64,000 bases of DNA from an uncultured Nitrospiraceae bacterium (GCA_964503895.1 CAZDCF010000005.1:16972-80971); one strand, 5' to 3'. Shown: positions 9,155-20,061, counted from the stretch's first letter. The notes: generated from the sequence alone by a model not told the origin. Translations and numbers: made by a program.

Positions 9155-11050
9155 CTAGACTTTCGCCAATTTTTCCGAGCTCTCCTCAGGAGAAATGCGG
9201 AACTGAAGAGCCGGGATTTTATTCGTTCCAAAGTGGGCAACATACATGAAAACATATTCGCGAATAAAAATTTTCAAATCCCAGCCTGGGTAATGACTTT
9301 GTTCGAACTCTTCGAAAACCCGTTCAGCATCTTCAACACCCAAGCCATCCTTCACTGTAAAATAATAATCCAGCGCCAAATCCCACTCTGGATTCTTGTA
9401 ATAGGTGACTCCCCATTTTTCCGCATTCTGCGCCACAGGCGTATGCTTGCTCAAGTCAAAAGTGCCGAATCCAATGGAATGTACATGTTCCTTGTTGTCT
9501 TCCAATACTTGCATGGATACTTTTGCGTCTTCGTATCGCTCACCAGGAAAACCGAAGAAACCCATGACATGATTCCATACTCCATGGGTGGATGAGAGTT
9601 CCATGCTTCGCTGAATTACATCAAGAGTAGTAGCCTTATCCATGAGTTTCAGTACACGCTCACTGCCAGACTCATAGCCGAAATGCAAAAATTTGCACCC
9701 TGAATCTTGAGCATCTTGCCACACCTCATCATCCAACAAACTTTTTTCGAAGCGAATGTGCGTGGTCCAAGCAATTCCCATCTTTTCCTCTTTTAAGGCA
9801 CGCGTGAGTTTCCGAAACAAGGCAGGGGGATAAGATTCGTCCGTGAAATGGAAGTGATAGGTACTATATTTGTCTCGAAGAAATTTCACTTCTTCAATGA
9901 TTTCTTGAATCTTCTTTGTTCGATATCCGGCTGTATAGCCTTCGCCATGATCACAAAACTCACATCGGCCCCAATAACATCCACGTGTAGCAAGATAAGG
10001 AAGTATTGGCTCGGGAACGAAATATTTTTCCATGGGCAAGCCGTCAAAATCTGGGGGTGGCAAATCCGACATACTTTCAGAAGAGGTCACGGGCGAAACA
10101 TGAATACCCAAATCATCACGCCACAACAAATTAGGAATTTCATTGAAATCCTGATCCGTGCCAACAGCTTCAACTAATTGCAAAAATGCAGTCTCCCCTT
10201 CATACACTACAGCACTATCAAAATGCTCGAACAGCTTTGGCGTTTCCGGTAACACATCACGCAACCGGGTCACGGTATTACCGCCAATGGTCACATGGAT
10301 GTTGGGAAATTGTTCCTTAATCATGGCACAAAAAGTCATGGTCGAAAATAATTGCTGACGCAAAACGATGGAAATACCAATAATCTCAGGCCGCTCTGCA
10401 ACAATGGCTGGCTTTAGAATATGTTCAAATACATCTCTATAGATATTGACTTGAGTATCATCCACAGCCTGTAATATTTCTGAAGACATAAAAATTTTAT
10501 AGGAAAGATCCGTCTCCATGGGTGGCATACAAATACGAGCTGGCGCATATACCAAAGAAATTGTGGATGTCACTTCTCGAAAGATATTGATAGCCCATTC
10601 GAGTTTATCAACGTCATAAAAGTCTGGCGTCCGAACAATTTCCTTGGCACGTTCGGCTTTTTCTGTTAAATCAACCATTTTCGATCGCGTACATTCACAT
10701 AATGCTATTTGAAGTTCGCTCTCTTCATCAGAAAGTCCACGATCCCGGCCAAGCTTTTTTAAACGGTCGAGCTGTTGAGGAACACGTTTTACTACGCGCT
10801 TGAGAAAATCAGCGCTAAAGTACCAATCATACATTTCAAGGTTGACATCCTTTTGAACCACCTCATGCCCAGCTTGACGAAGAAAGGCCGTTAAAGTGGG
10901 AAGGCTAAGATATGGCTCTGAGGGATACCAATCAGGGGGAAAAACCAACATGACCTTTTTCTTGGGTCCGCTATCAGCCTGAGATTCTTTTCGACGCAGT
11001 TGTACCTGCTGAGGACTGATCAGCCCGCCTTTGTTATAATCAATCCTCAT
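9155..11050 (-). CDS. B12-binding domain radical SAM protein (class B methyltransferase-like), paralogue 1
   Basis: LVFPP..PYLSLPTL, PEIIGISI...IGGN...EGE, TRGCYWGRCEFC; 5 nt from paralogue 2. Confidence 0.88.
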   Translation of the reverse strand: MRIDYNKGGLISPQQVQLRRKESQADSGPKKKVMLVFPPDWYPSEPYLSLPTLTAFLRQAGHEVVQKDVNLEMYDWYFSADFLKRVVKRVPQQLDRLKKLGRDRGLSDEESELQIALCECTRSKMVDLTEKAERAKEIVRTPDFYDVDKLEWAINIFREVTSTISLVYAPARICMPPMETDLSYKIFMSSEILQAVDDTQVNIYRDVFEHILKPAIVAERPEIIGISIVLRQQLFSTMTFCAMIKEQFPNIHVTIGGNTVTRLRDVLPETPKLFEHFDSAVVYEGETAFLQLVEAVGTDQDFNEIPNLLWRDDLGIHVSPVTSSESMSDLPPPDFDGLPMEKYFVPEPILPYLATRGCYWGRCEFCDHGEGYTAGYRTKKIQEIIEEVKFLRDKYSTYHFHFTDESYPPALFRKLTRALKEEKMGIAWTTHIRFEKSLLDDEVWQDAQDSGCKFLHFGYESGSERVLKLMDKATTLDVIQRSMELSSTHGVWNHVMGFFGFPGERYEDAKVSMQVLEDNKEHVHSIGFGTFDLSKHTPVAQNAEKWGVTYYKNPEWDLALDYYFTVKDGLGVEDAERVFEEFEQSHYPGWDLKIFIREYVFMYVAHFGTNKIPALQFRISPEESSEKLAKV

Positions 11051-11157
11051 AACAATCCTGCACCAAAGAAAAGGTTTACAGAAAGAAAATACATGACTTA
11101 CTCACCCGCCGTTAAAACCCCCCTTGAAATCTAAAAAGATTGAGGGCGCCCTACAGC

Positions 11158-11187
11158 ATTCTATGACGCCGGAAAAAGGCTGGTCAA
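11158..11187 (-). promoter_or_regulatory. sigma70-type promoter for the B12 radical SAM pair
   Basis: TTGACC-18nt-TAGAAT about 110 nt upstream of 11050. Confidence 0.55.
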
Positions 11188-11314
11188 GGATGCTAACAGC
11201 CTGAAAAATAAAGGGTTACTAAATTGACAGGCCATTAAGTCGTGAGTATCGACTCTATGTTCCAAGAAACTACCGAAATCTCAATGGCTTTGAGTTCCTA
11301 AACCACTCTCACCC

Positions 11315-14300
11315 CTACAATAAATTCGGAGAAAGCCAGCGCTCGATTTCGGAAACTTCCATCTGCTTCCGAACAGCATAACTTTTGACTTGTTCTTGAT
11401 CAATTTTTCCAACCGCAAAGTATTTGGCTTGGGGGGAAGCAAAGTAAAGGCCGCTAACCGAAGCAGCAGGGAACATAGCAAAGGTTTCGGTAAGATGAAT
11501 GCCTATAGACTTTTCAGCATCCAGCAAATCAAATAAGATGCGTTTCTCTGAATGATCGGGACAGGCAGGATAACCAGGCGCTGGACGAATGCCTCGATAC
11601 CGTTCATTAATTAAATCCTCATTCGAGAATGTTTGATTTTTTCCATACCCCCACTCTTTACGCACTTCTCGGTGCAACCACTCGGCAAATGCTTCAGCTA
11701 ACCGATCTGCAAGAGCCTTAACCATGATAGAATTATAATCATCATGGTCTTTTTCAAATCGTTGGCAGAGCACTTCAATGCCAATGCCAGCAGTAACGGC
11801 AAATCCCCCAAGATAATCGGCTAGCCCTGATGATTTCGGCGCAATAAAGTCAGCTAACGCGTAATTCGAATCACCTTTCGGCTTTTCTAATTGCTGTCGA
11901 AGAGTATGAAAAACTGTGAGGACTTCTGAGCGCGATTGATCTTTATAGACCTCAATATCATCTTCCACACTATTAGCGGAGAACAATCCATAGACGGCCT
12001 TGGCGGACAACAACTTTTTATCGATGATTTCCTGAAGTAATCTTTGGGCATCATCAAATAATTCCTTGGCTTTGCTCCCAACTAAAGAATCTTCAAAAAT
12101 CTTGGGATAACGGCCCTTTAGTTCCCAGGTATGGAAAAATGGCGACCAGTCGATTACAGGAACTAAATCTTCTAATGACTGATTCTCGATCACTCGAGTT
12201 CCAAGAAAACTGGGCCTAGCAATATCCGAGGCTTGCCAATCGATTGGAATTCGACGCTTGCGGGCCTCATCCAATGGCAACAATTTTTTCATAGTCTTCT
12301 TGCTTTCGTAGGCTTCCCGCGATTGTTGTTGTTGTTGCCGAACTTTTTTGACGAACTCTGGCTTTTGTTCATTGTTCAACAATTGGCGAACCACATTCAC
12401 GGCTAACGACGCATCCAACACATGGATCACGGGGTCTTGGTAACCTGGGGCAATCTTCACTGCCGTATGTACCTTGCTGGTGGTTGCCCCTCCTATGAGC
12501 AACGGAATATCAAACCCTTCACGAGCCATTTCCTTAGCGTTATGAACCATTTCATCCAAAGACGGCGTAATCAGGCCACTCAAGCCAATCATATCGACTT
12601 TTTCTTCTTTGGCTTTTTCCAAGATTTTATCGCAGGGAACCATCACTCCAAGATCGATAATTTCGTAGTTATTGCAGCCCAGCACCACACCTACAATATT
12701 TTTTCCGATGTCATGAACATCGCCCTTGACTGTTGCAAGCAGCACTTTGCCTTGCGCCCCAGTTCGAGATACTTCTTTCTCTTTATCCATAAATGGCAAT
12801 AGATAGGCCACCGCCTTTTTCATAACGCGCGCACTTTTAACCACTTGGGGCAAAAACATTTTCCCCGCGCCAAACAAACCACCTACTATATTCATGCCAT
12901 CCATTAAAGGCCCTTCAATAACTTGAATCGGCTTATCGTACTTTTGCCGTGCTTCTTCTGTATCTTCATCAATATACTCAACAATTCCTTTGACCAACGC
13001 ATGGGAAAGACGCTCTTCGATTGTTCCTTTTCGCCAAATATCATCTTTGACTGCAGCCTTTCCTTGTTGCTTAACGGTTTCGGCAAAAGCAACTAGGCGT
13101 TCGGTTGCATCTGGCCGCCGATTCAAAAGAACATCTTCTACTAGCTCAAGCAGATCCTTGGGAATTTCTTCGTACACGCCCAGTTGCCCTGCATTGACAA
13201 TAGCCATATCCAAACCAGCCTTGATAGCGTGAAACAAAAACGCCGCATGCATAGCTTCACGCACCGCGTTATTACCACGGAATGAAAACGAAATATTGCT
13301 GACCCCACCACTGACCTTGCAATAAGGCAATGTTGCTTTGATCTGGCGCGTGGCTTCAAGGAAGTTAACAGCGTAGTTGTTGTGTTCCTCAATCCCTGTT
13401 GCCACAGTCAGAATATTAGGGTCAAAAATAATATCCTCAGGAGAAAACTTAAGCTGTTCAGTCAGGATCTCATACGCACGTGCACAAATCTCAACTTTCC
13501 GTTCAGTGGTATCCGCCTGCCCGACCTCATCAAACGCCATGACTACAACGGCAGCGCCATACCGTTTAATCAAGTTGGCCTGGTCTTTAAACTTCCCTTC
13601 GCCCTCTTTAAGACTAATGGAATTCACAACACCTTTGCCCTGAACGCATTGCAGCCCCGCCTCGATAACTGACCACTTCGAACTGTCGATCATAATAGGC
13701 ACGCGACAGATATCTGGCTCAGAGGCAATAAGATTCAAGAAATGCACCATGGCCTCTTCCGAATCCAACATACCTTCATCCATATTGATGTCGATAATCT
13801 GGGCACCACCCTCTACCTGCTGCCGCGCCACAGACAGAGCTTCTTCAAACTGACCATCCAGAATCAATTTGGCGAATTTTGGAGAACCAGTCACATTAGT
13901 CCGTTCTCCGATATTCACGAAATTTAGTTCTGGGGTTATGACTAACGATTCTAACCCACTCAATCGTGTCACATGCCCAGATTGGACCACTTCGTGGGGC
14001 TTCAGATCACTTACAGCTTGGGCTATGGCAGCAATATGCTCCGGGGTGCTTCCACAACACCCACCTACAATATTTAACCAACCATTGCTGGCAAAATCGC
14101 GCAAATCCTTACCCATGCGTTCTGGAGTTTCATCAAAACCGCCAAACGCATTAGGAAGGCCAGCATTGGGATAACAACTAATGTAAGTGGGCGCGATTTT
14201 CGACAACTCTTCGATATAGGGACGCATTTGTTTAGCGCCTAGTGCACAATTGATCCCCACGCTAAACGGGTGTACATCTGCAATCGAATTCCAAAATGCT

Positions 14301-14995
14301 TCGATTGTTTGCCCCGACAAAGTTCGTCCACTTTGGTCGGTAATTGTGACGGAGGCCATTACTGGGATTTCTACACCATATTCCTGACAGTATTGATTAA
14401 TTGCAAAGAAGGCCGCTTTGGAATTAAGGGTGTCGAAAATTGTTTCCACCAAAAAAAGATCGACCCCACCATCCACCAGACCTCGGACTTGCTCATAATA
14501 AGCTTTGCGCAGCTGTTCGAAGTTAACCGCTCGAAAAGCAGGGCTATTCACATCCGGAGACATGCAAGCCGTGCGATTGGTTGGCCCAATGGCTCCCGCC
14601 ACAAATCTTGCTTGTGAAGGATTCTTACTCATTACAATCTCAACAGCTTTTCGTGCTGCTTTTGCTCCAGCCACATTCAGGTCATAGGCCAAATGCTCCA
14701 TCTTATAATCAGCCATTGAAATAGTATTGGAGTTAAAGGTATTCGTCTCGATAATGTCCGCGCCTGCCTCCAAATATTGCTGATGAATCGAAACAATTAG
14801 GTCCGGCTGAGTAATAGCCAACAAATCATTATTCCCTTTGACATCACAGGAATGGTTGGCAAACTGGATGCCACGAAAATCAGATTCCTCCAATTTATGG
14901 AGCTGAATCATGGTGCCCATGGCACCGTCCAACACCACAATTCTCTGTTTTATAAGCGATTTTAGTTCTTGAAGCCGACCAGTTGAATTTTTCAC
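11315..14995 (-). CDS. metH: Cobalamin-dependent methionine synthase
   Basis: [38 protein letters not shown]12 motif, [12 protein letters not shown]; 1226 aa. Confidence 0.99.
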   Translation of the reverse strand: MKNSTGRLQELKSLIKQRIVVLDGAMGTMIQLHKLEESDFRGIQFANHSCDVKGNNDLLAITQPDLIVSIHQQYLEAGADIIETNTFNSNTISMADYKMEHLAYDLNVAGAKAARKAVEIVMSKNPSQARFVAGAIGPTNRTACMSPDVNSPAFRAVNFEQLRKAYYEQVRGLVDGGVDLFLVETIFDTLNSKAAFFAINQYCQEYGVEIPVMASVTITDQSGRTLSGQTIEAFWNSIADVHPFSVGINCALGAKQMRPYIEELSKIAPTYISCYPNAGLPNAFGGFDETPERMGKDLRDFASNGWLNIVGGCCGSTPEHIAAIAQAVSDLKPHEVVQSGHVTRLSGLESLVITPELNFVNIGERTNVTGSPKFAKLILDGQFEEALSVARQQVEGGAQIIDINMDEGMLDSEEAMVHFLNLIASEPDICRVPIMIDSSKWSVIEAGLQCVQGKGVVNSISLKEGEGKFKDQANLIKRYGAAVVVMAFDEVGQADTTERKVEICARAYEILTEQLKFSPEDIIFDPNILTVATGIEEHNNYAVNFLEATRQIKATLPYCKVSGGVSNISFSFRGNNAVREAMHAAFLFHAIKAGLDMAIVNAGQLGVYEEIPKDLLELVEDVLLNRRPDATERLVAFAETVKQQGKAAVKDDIWRKGTIEERLSHALVKGIVEYIDEDTEEARQKYDKPIQVIEGPLMDGMNIVGGLFGAGKMFLPQVVKSARVMKKAVAYLLPFMDKEKEVSRTGAQGKVLLATVKGDVHDIGKNIVGVVLGCNNYEIIDLGVMVPCDKILEKAKEEKVDMIGLSGLITPSLDEMVHNAKEMAREGFDIPLLIGGATTSKVHTAVKIAPGYQDPVIHVLDASLAVNVVRQLLNNEQKPEFVKKVRQQQQQSREAYESKKTMKKLLPLDEARKRRIPIDWQASDIARPSFLGTRVIENQSLEDLVPVIDWSPFFHTWELKGRYPKIFEDSLVGSKAKELFDDAQRLLQEIIDKKLLSAKAVYGLFSANSVEDDIEVYKDQSRSEVLTVFHTLRQQLEKPKGDSNYALADFIAPKSSGLADYLGGFAVTAGIGIEVLCQRFEKDHDDYNSIMVKALADRLAEAFAEWLHREVRKEWGYGKNQTFSNEDLINERYRGIRPAPGYPACPDHSEKRILFDLLDAEKSIGIHLTETFAMFPAASVSGLYFASPQAKYFAVGKIDQEQVKSYAVRKQMEVSEIERWLSPNLL

Positions 14996-15129
14996 GTATT
15001 CCTCTTGCCTAAATCCTTGTCACACAAATGAATTTCCGAAAAATTCACCATGCCTTTAGTGAAATAAATAAGATAACTCGCAACCTTCGTTTGATATCTG
15101 AGAGGTTTTGATAGTGGAATAGAGTGGTC

Positions 15130-15159
15130 ACTATACCTAGCATGGAAGACAGGGGTCAA
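15130..15159 (-). promoter_or_regulatory. sigma70-type promoter of metH
   Basis: TTGACC-18nt-TATAGT. Confidence 0.55.
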
Positions 15160-15200
15160 AAGAAAATATGAACATAATGCCTCTCAAATAACTATTCAGC

Positions 15201-15230
15201 TTGACGAGATCTAATGTTAGGTAATAGGAT
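15201..15230 (+). promoter_or_regulatory. sigma70-type promoter, divergent from metH
   Basis: TTGACG-18nt-TAGGAT, 29 nt before ATG 15260. Confidence 0.5.
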
Positions 15231-15259
15231 GAAACGACCTTGTAGTTCCTGTTCATCTT

Positions 15260-16045
15260 ATGCTAACTCCGTCTCGTCAATTCATAGCCCACCTTTGGCT
15301 AGTTTTTATTTGCTTATTTTTCCTATCCCCAATCTCTCAGATTTTTGCCAAACCTTATTTCGAAGATGGGTATCTTGGGTTAACAAGAACCGAATTGCAT
15401 GACAAAATCGGTACACCTCATGCTATTCGTTCCCGAAAAGCCGCCTTGCGCGTATTCAGTTATTACTCCCCAAACGACTGGAAGAAATATTTTGGCAAGT
15501 TGGTTTCACCGGAAAATGGGGAAGACGTTTACACCTACAAACGCGATGAGGTTCAGGTCCGATACTCGTTTGTCTATACTCCTGACCTTCGTCAAGCAAA
15601 AGATTTTCCAACTTTGTTCATCAAACGGGTGGAAATAGAGTTCACGCCTGCAGCACCAATCGAAACCATACCTCACTTAGTAAAGGAGTTTACACCTTCT
15701 AATGAGCCCGATTCGCCAACGTTTCGATCCAATCTGTGGGTCCTAATCTTCCAAGGCCCTCCGTCTAAAGAGGCCGAGTTGGTAGTCAAGGAATATAACA
15801 AAGAAAACTGGGACTGGTCCCTTGCTTATCAACTTTTCTCATTAAACGGAATCCCGAACTATATCACCAGCAAATCTTTAATTGATCGATTGGAATTCAC
15901 GGTTCAAAGCCTGCCATTTGTAAAGGAAAGAAGGCAGCACACCCACGAACCCATGTTGAATCCCTATTCTCTTGAATTCGCCCAACGTCCTCCTGAGCCT
16001 CCAAAGAAACGAAAGACTATCCCTTTTCCCGAGTACGCGGACTAA
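15260..16045 (+). CDS. Hypothetical exported protein
   Basis: 261 aa ORF with signal-peptide-like N-terminus and Pro/Lys tail; no family recognised. Confidence 0.7.
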   Translation: MLTPSRQFIAHLWLVFICLFFLSPISQIFAKPYFEDGYLGLTRTELHDKIGTPHAIRSRKAALRVFSYYSPNDWKKYFGKLVSPENGEDVYTYKRDEVQVRYSFVYTPDLRQAKDFPTLFIKRVEIEFTPAAPIETIPHLVKEFTPSNEPDSPTFRSNLWVLIFQGPPSKEAELVVKEYNKENWDWSLAYQLFSLNGIPNYITSKSLIDRLEFTVQSLPFVKERRQHTHEPMLNPYSLEFAQRPPEPPKKRKTIPFPEYAD

Positions 16046-16067
16046 ACAAACCATCACTGTTATCTCG

Positions 16068-16424
16068 TCAGTCCGCAAATTTAATATCGCTAAGATCGGC
16101 TAAGAGAAGGTGGGATTCTCCCCACTGGCTTGAACTTTCCAATGACCAGGGTTCCTTTATCTTTGCGAATTTCATCCGTATACCGCAATTTCCTCCAAAA
16201 ATAAGATAGGCAATCCCGGCTCCAGAATCCTCCACTGGTTGGGCTAGCGCAGAACAATGGGGCTGTATTTCATCATCTGTCCATCCCACGACATCGCACC
16301 ACTCCCCTCGTGGAGACCGGTCATAGAGCTTTACCTGCAAAAGGGGTTTAGCTAGGCCTACATCTTTGAATCGAAGGAAGAGCGAACTTTCAAAATTTTC
16401 GCTACTTTCAACCTCTAAAAACAT
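16068..16424 (-). CDS. Hypothetical protein
   Basis: 118 aa ORF filling the gap between convergent/divergent neighbours; protein-like composition. Confidence 0.6.
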   Translation of the reverse strand: MFLEVESSENFESSLFLRFKDVGLAKPLLQVKLYDRSPRGEWCDVVGWTDDEIQPHCSALAQPVEDSGAGIAYLIFGGNCGIRMKFAKIKEPWSLESSSQWGESHLLLADLSDIKFAD

Positions 16425-16480
16425 CTTTTCTCCAGATTGACGGCTATCATCGTGCCCTGTTACAGTGCGAAAATGTTCTC

Positions 16481-16918
16481 GTGGTTACACAAAGCCCCCT
16501 CCCCGAATCTGTGATCAAAAATCCCCAACAACCAAGAGTAGGCGTGGAAGAACCTAAGTCCACAGCAACATCGGAAGACCAAAAGTATTCCTTTCTTTGC
16601 CGTAAGCCTGTCCGCATCACCCTATACTCACTCTTAGGAGCGTTCGCACTTTTTATGTTCGCCTGGGGAATGTTGCCCTCCTTATTAGATCCTACCTTCG
16701 AACAACACATTCAGGATAAGAAGGTAATTGCGGGTATGACCCGTGACCAAGCCATTCAAGCTTGGGGGTCACCCTATCAAATGAATGTGACCTATACTGA
16801 AAAAGGGATTCGAAGGGAAGAATGGGTCTACGAAGATTGGATTGACGCAGGCTCAGTAAGGCACCGATACCTTTATTTTGAAGAAGGCATTCTCGTCGGC
16901 GGCTGGTACTACAAATAG
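16481..16918 (+). CDS. Membrane-anchored protein with SmpA/BamE-like C-terminal domain
   Basis: One TM helix then GMTRDQAIQAWGSP...EEWVYE...YLYFEEG. Confidence 0.65.
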   Translation: MVTQSPLPESVIKNPQQPRVGVEEPKSTATSEDQKYSFLCRKPVRITLYSLLGAFALFMFAWGMLPSLLDPTFEQHIQDKKVIAGMTRDQAIQAWGSPYQMNVTYTEKGIRREEWVYEDWIDAGSVRHRYLYFEEGILVGGWYYK

Positions 16919-17070
16919 CACCCTCCTTAGTCCATTCCATAATTCTTAGAAATTTTTCTTGCACGGATTCAGAACTCTTTCAGAATGTCAGCGTTAAGTT
17001 ATCTCTCAAATATGGAACCGAATGGCTCTAGCTGAATAAATCATTTTGAGCCGGATAGACCCCCCAAGCA

Positions 17071-17361
17071 TTAAGGCGTTTCAGTTATTTGGGCTCGACG
17101 GCCTCTACCCCCGCCGTCACTAATGACTAATACACGCTTCCATTCCCGAATTTGATAAACAGCCCACGCATTAGGTACTCCCTTGTAGTAGGCATCGGGA
17201 TCTTCTCCTTTTGTACTTAAATAGGTTGGTTCCGTGAACCCTTCATCTAATACATACTCCATTAGATTATCCGTAGTGAGTCCCTCGCCTTGTAAGGACA
17301 CGTCAGCCAAAAAAGTCAAAATTTCGTCTGGATCGGCAAGATTAACTGGTTGCAAAGCCAT
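17071..17361 (-). CDS. Hypothetical acidic protein
   Basis: 96 aa ORF with GAGG-type SD upstream. Confidence 0.65.
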   Translation of the reverse strand: MALQPVNLADPDEILTFLADVSLQGEGLTTDNLMEYVLDEGFTEPTYLSTKGEDPDAYYKGVPNAWAVYQIREWKRVLVISDGGGRGRRAQITETP

Positions 17362-17524
17362 GTTAATTTTCCCTCAAGTATGTTAGTATAGGACGCTTGT
17401 ATTGTAGGTTTAGGTTTTTGAGAAAAGCAAATATTGCTTAATTGGTTTCGAGCATAATAATTCCGATAAAGCTACACTCTCTTATGCCATACATTAGGCA
17501 CATACCGCATTCTGATGGATTCGT

Positions 17525-18274
17525 ATGATTTGGAAGCTTTCGGCTAACCAATTTCGCGAACGCTTATTTGATATCATCAGCCACAAACAGCACTGGTCGA
17601 CTCCCTACTTTGATGGAAGTACCGCAACCAAGGCCCAACTCAATATACATTTCCGTCAAGAGTACGCTGTCTACATAAGAGACTTTTCTGTTTTACTTGC
17701 CCGCCTATTGGGGAAGAACCCACCATGGAAAATGCGTCGTCAACTCGCGACTACCATTTATGAAGAAGAGACTGGTGGCTTATCACTCGACAAACCTCAT
17801 CAGGAACTTTTTTTGAAAATGATGAACGGCCTTGGCTTTCCCAGGGCAGAATTTCGCGATGTGGAATTGCTCTCGAGAAGTTTTGCCTATCGCGAGTGGC
17901 TGGACACGATTTGCCAAAAAGAAGAATGGATCGTAGGTGCAGCTATCCTAACGCTGCTGGTTGAAGGGTCAGCCAATGATCGAGCAGAGGTTTTCAGCCA
18001 GGAACAACCAAAATCCAAGTCCGAAATCGAAGACATCGTCCGAAAGCATCCCCTGGTCGTGTACCATGGCCTAGACCCCGAACATATGGACCTTGTACGT
18101 GTACGGGAAATGATTGAGCCCTCAAATCGTCGTGGGGTGTATGATCTCATTGTTAAAGAAACTATTGCTAGCAACCAACACACCTTGGTCTTAGAACACC
18201 TCGAAGAAGGCTTAAAGCTCTGGCTCCAATACCGAGATGGTATTGCTCGGGCTTGCGGTATCCGTGAGGCCTAA
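17525..18274 (+). CDS. Heme-oxygenase-like helical fold protein (PqqC/TenA/CADD-like), metal site apparently degenerate
   Basis: YEEETG...PHQELF and LVEG motifs; third ligand helix reads RxxxExxN rather than HxxxD/ExxH. Confidence 0.7.
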   Translation: MIWKLSANQFRERLFDIISHKQHWSTPYFDGSTATKAQLNIHFRQEYAVYIRDFSVLLARLLGKNPPWKMRRQLATTIYEEETGGLSLDKPHQELFLKMMNGLGFPRAEFRDVELLSRSFAYREWLDTICQKEEWIVGAAILTLLVEGSANDRAEVFSQEQPKSKSEIEDIVRKHPLVVYHGLDPEHMDLVRVREMIEPSNRRGVYDLIVKETIASNQHTLVLEHLEEGLKLWLQYRDGIARACGIREA

Positions 18275-18437
18275 CTCTCCCATAATTTCGCCGGGGGCTT
18301 CTTGTTAACCTAACACTAACATGAATCTCAAAATTTCCTGATCCGAATCTCGAATAAAAGCAAAGTTTCGAATTTCGCACTGTCCTCATCCTTAGTTATT
18401 TCTGATTTCGAAATTCGAATTTTCTCTATGCTTACCC

Positions 18438-18854
18438 TTACCTAACCAACAAGAAATGAAGTGCTGTATCTGCTAGTATCGCTCCCAAGGCTATAGCATT
18501 TAATGAAAAAAGTGCTCGTTGTCCTTTCCCCCATGCACTATACATCCCCCAAAGAATAAAGACTTGCGTGAGGATTGAAAACGGCCGATGAACATTTGCG
18601 GACATGCCTCCGCTCTCACTTGCAATGGCAGAAGCAGCTGCTAGCAAATAGCAAACTAATGCGCCGATTTGAACCCATATTGCCCGCTGCTCTTTTGCAA
18701 GACGCACCACAAGAACCAAAGCCCAGGTTAAACACACCACCACCACAAGAAGCAGCAAGGGAAATAATGGCCAAAGAGTCTTAGCGCTCAATTCCAAAAC
18801 AAAACTTCCATAAAAAAATACGGTAGTATCTTCCCAGACTAGTGCAACTGTCAA
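18438..18854 (-). CDS. Hypothetical membrane protein
   Basis: About four hydrophobic helices; 9 nt downstream of the exonuclease gene. Confidence 0.65.
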   Translation of the reverse strand: MTVALVWEDTTVFFYGSFVLELSAKTLWPLFPLLLLVVVVCLTWALVLVVRLAKEQRAIWVQIGALVCYLLAAASAIASESGGMSANVHRPFSILTQVFILWGMYSAWGKGQRALFSLNAIALGAILADTALHFLLVR

Positions 18855-18863
18855 AAAGGAATG

Positions 18864-19580
18864 TCAAGAAATCTCTACCAATTGAGAGTTCCTGAGTATG
18901 TCTTGACTTGGCAAAAGTTCTCGAAAGGTCATCCTACTATAACACGCGTAGGTTACATAGGCATCTTGGAGACAATACTCTGCGATTTCTTTCCCTTGGC
19001 CAGCTGCCCACATATCCGCCACTTGCTTCCCACTCCCTGACTTTGTTTCAACATTCAACGCCCTAGCCAAAATATCGAGTTTTACCCAACCTCGCATATC
19101 CCAGTTACTCCAAACAGCCATGGTATCATACACAGGCTCTGTGCGAAATTTAGCCAAACTAATTTCCATAGACGGCTTGACCCTATGAATAATTGAACGC
19201 TTTTTAATAAATGGTAAATCAAACCCTAAGCCATTGTGGGTAATGAACAAGGTTGGATGAATTTCAGCAAGCCTCGCCCAAAATTGACAAAGCAATTCCT
19301 CCTCATTCGAACCATACCAACTTATAGCCCCCTTAGGTTCCATGGAAGGGGAAAAAATAAGCATGCCAATGCAAACAATACGACTATAGGTCCCATCGAA
19401 AGATGAGCGCTCATATAATTCATCTTCCTTTTTCATGCACTCCTGTATTTCCACATGAGAAAACAAATCAGTCGCAGAACCCCCTTCACAAGACTCTGCT
19501 GCAACAAGATCAATACCTGCTAATCTTGCCCATTCCTCACGAGGAGCTTGGACGGTTTCAATATCAAGCACAACTTTCAT
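18864..19580 (-). CDS. PolB-like DEDDy 3'-5' exonuclease domain protein
   Basis: ExoI LDIET, ExoII HNGLGFDLPF, ExoIII YCLQD. Confidence 0.85.
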   Translation of the reverse strand: MKVVLDIETVQAPREEWARLAGIDLVAAESCEGGSATDLFSHVEIQECMKKEDELYERSSFDGTYSRIVCIGMLIFSPSMEPKGAISWYGSNEEELLCQFWARLAEIHPTLFITHNGLGFDLPFIKKRSIIHRVKPSMEISLAKFRTEPVYDTMAVWSNWDMRGWVKLDILARALNVETKSGSGKQVADMWAAGQGKEIAEYCLQDAYVTYACYSRMTFRELLPSQDILRNSQLVEIS

Positions 19581-19635
19581 GGAAGACCAAAGATTCCGTT
19601 ATTAGTTACCTAGTTAATTTGTCATTATAGTGGGC

Positions 19636-20049
19636 CTAGCTCACGTCACCTTGGTGACGTTCTTGAAGCTTCGCCACTACAGGCTGATCAGCAGGCAGAA
19701 AGGTAAAATTTGATAATTCTCCAGCAAACACCCATCGAAAATCAGCACATCCGAGCGGTTTGATTTCTCCAGGAATCAACGAACAAAAGAAAAAATTCAA
19801 CTCTACAGTCTTATCCGGATATTCATGCTGAATTACCATAAATCGGATTGGCCCTTTTATCTCAGCCCCTAATTCCTCACGCAATTCTCGCATAAGACAA
19901 GTTTCCAAACTCTCACCATGCTCCAGTTTTCCTCCAGGAAATTCCCAATACCCAGGGAAGTGCGTACCAAGCCCACGCTTAGTAATAAGATAGCGACCCT
20001 CACATTCGATCACCGCTGCGGCAACTTGGATGACATTTTTTGTAGACAT
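19636..20049 (-). CDS. mutT: 8-oxo-dGTP diphosphatase-like NUDIX hydrolase
   Basis: WEFPGGKLEHGESLETCLMRELREELG Nudix box; FLPAD C-terminal motif. Confidence 0.85.
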   Translation of the reverse strand: MSTKNVIQVAAAVIECEGRYLITKRGLGTHFPGYWEFPGGKLEHGESLETCLMRELREELGAEIKGPIRFMVIQHEYPDKTVELNFFFCSLIPGEIKPLGCADFRWVFAGELSNFTFLPADQPVVAKLQERHQGDVS

Positions 20050-20061
20050 AAAAACAGAATT

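Noticed and set aside
11224-11252. Plus-strand TTGACA-17-TATCGA antisense to the metH 3' end
   Set aside because: Weak -10 and no downstream gene or structure.
3360-15000. RiPP precursor for the radical SAM cluster
   Set aside because: No small ORF with SD and leader/core character was found in the gaps.
14996-15129. SAM or cobalamin riboswitch in the metH leader
   Set aside because: No recognisable aptamer motifs; only a small GAATTT-TTCGG-AAATTC hairpin.
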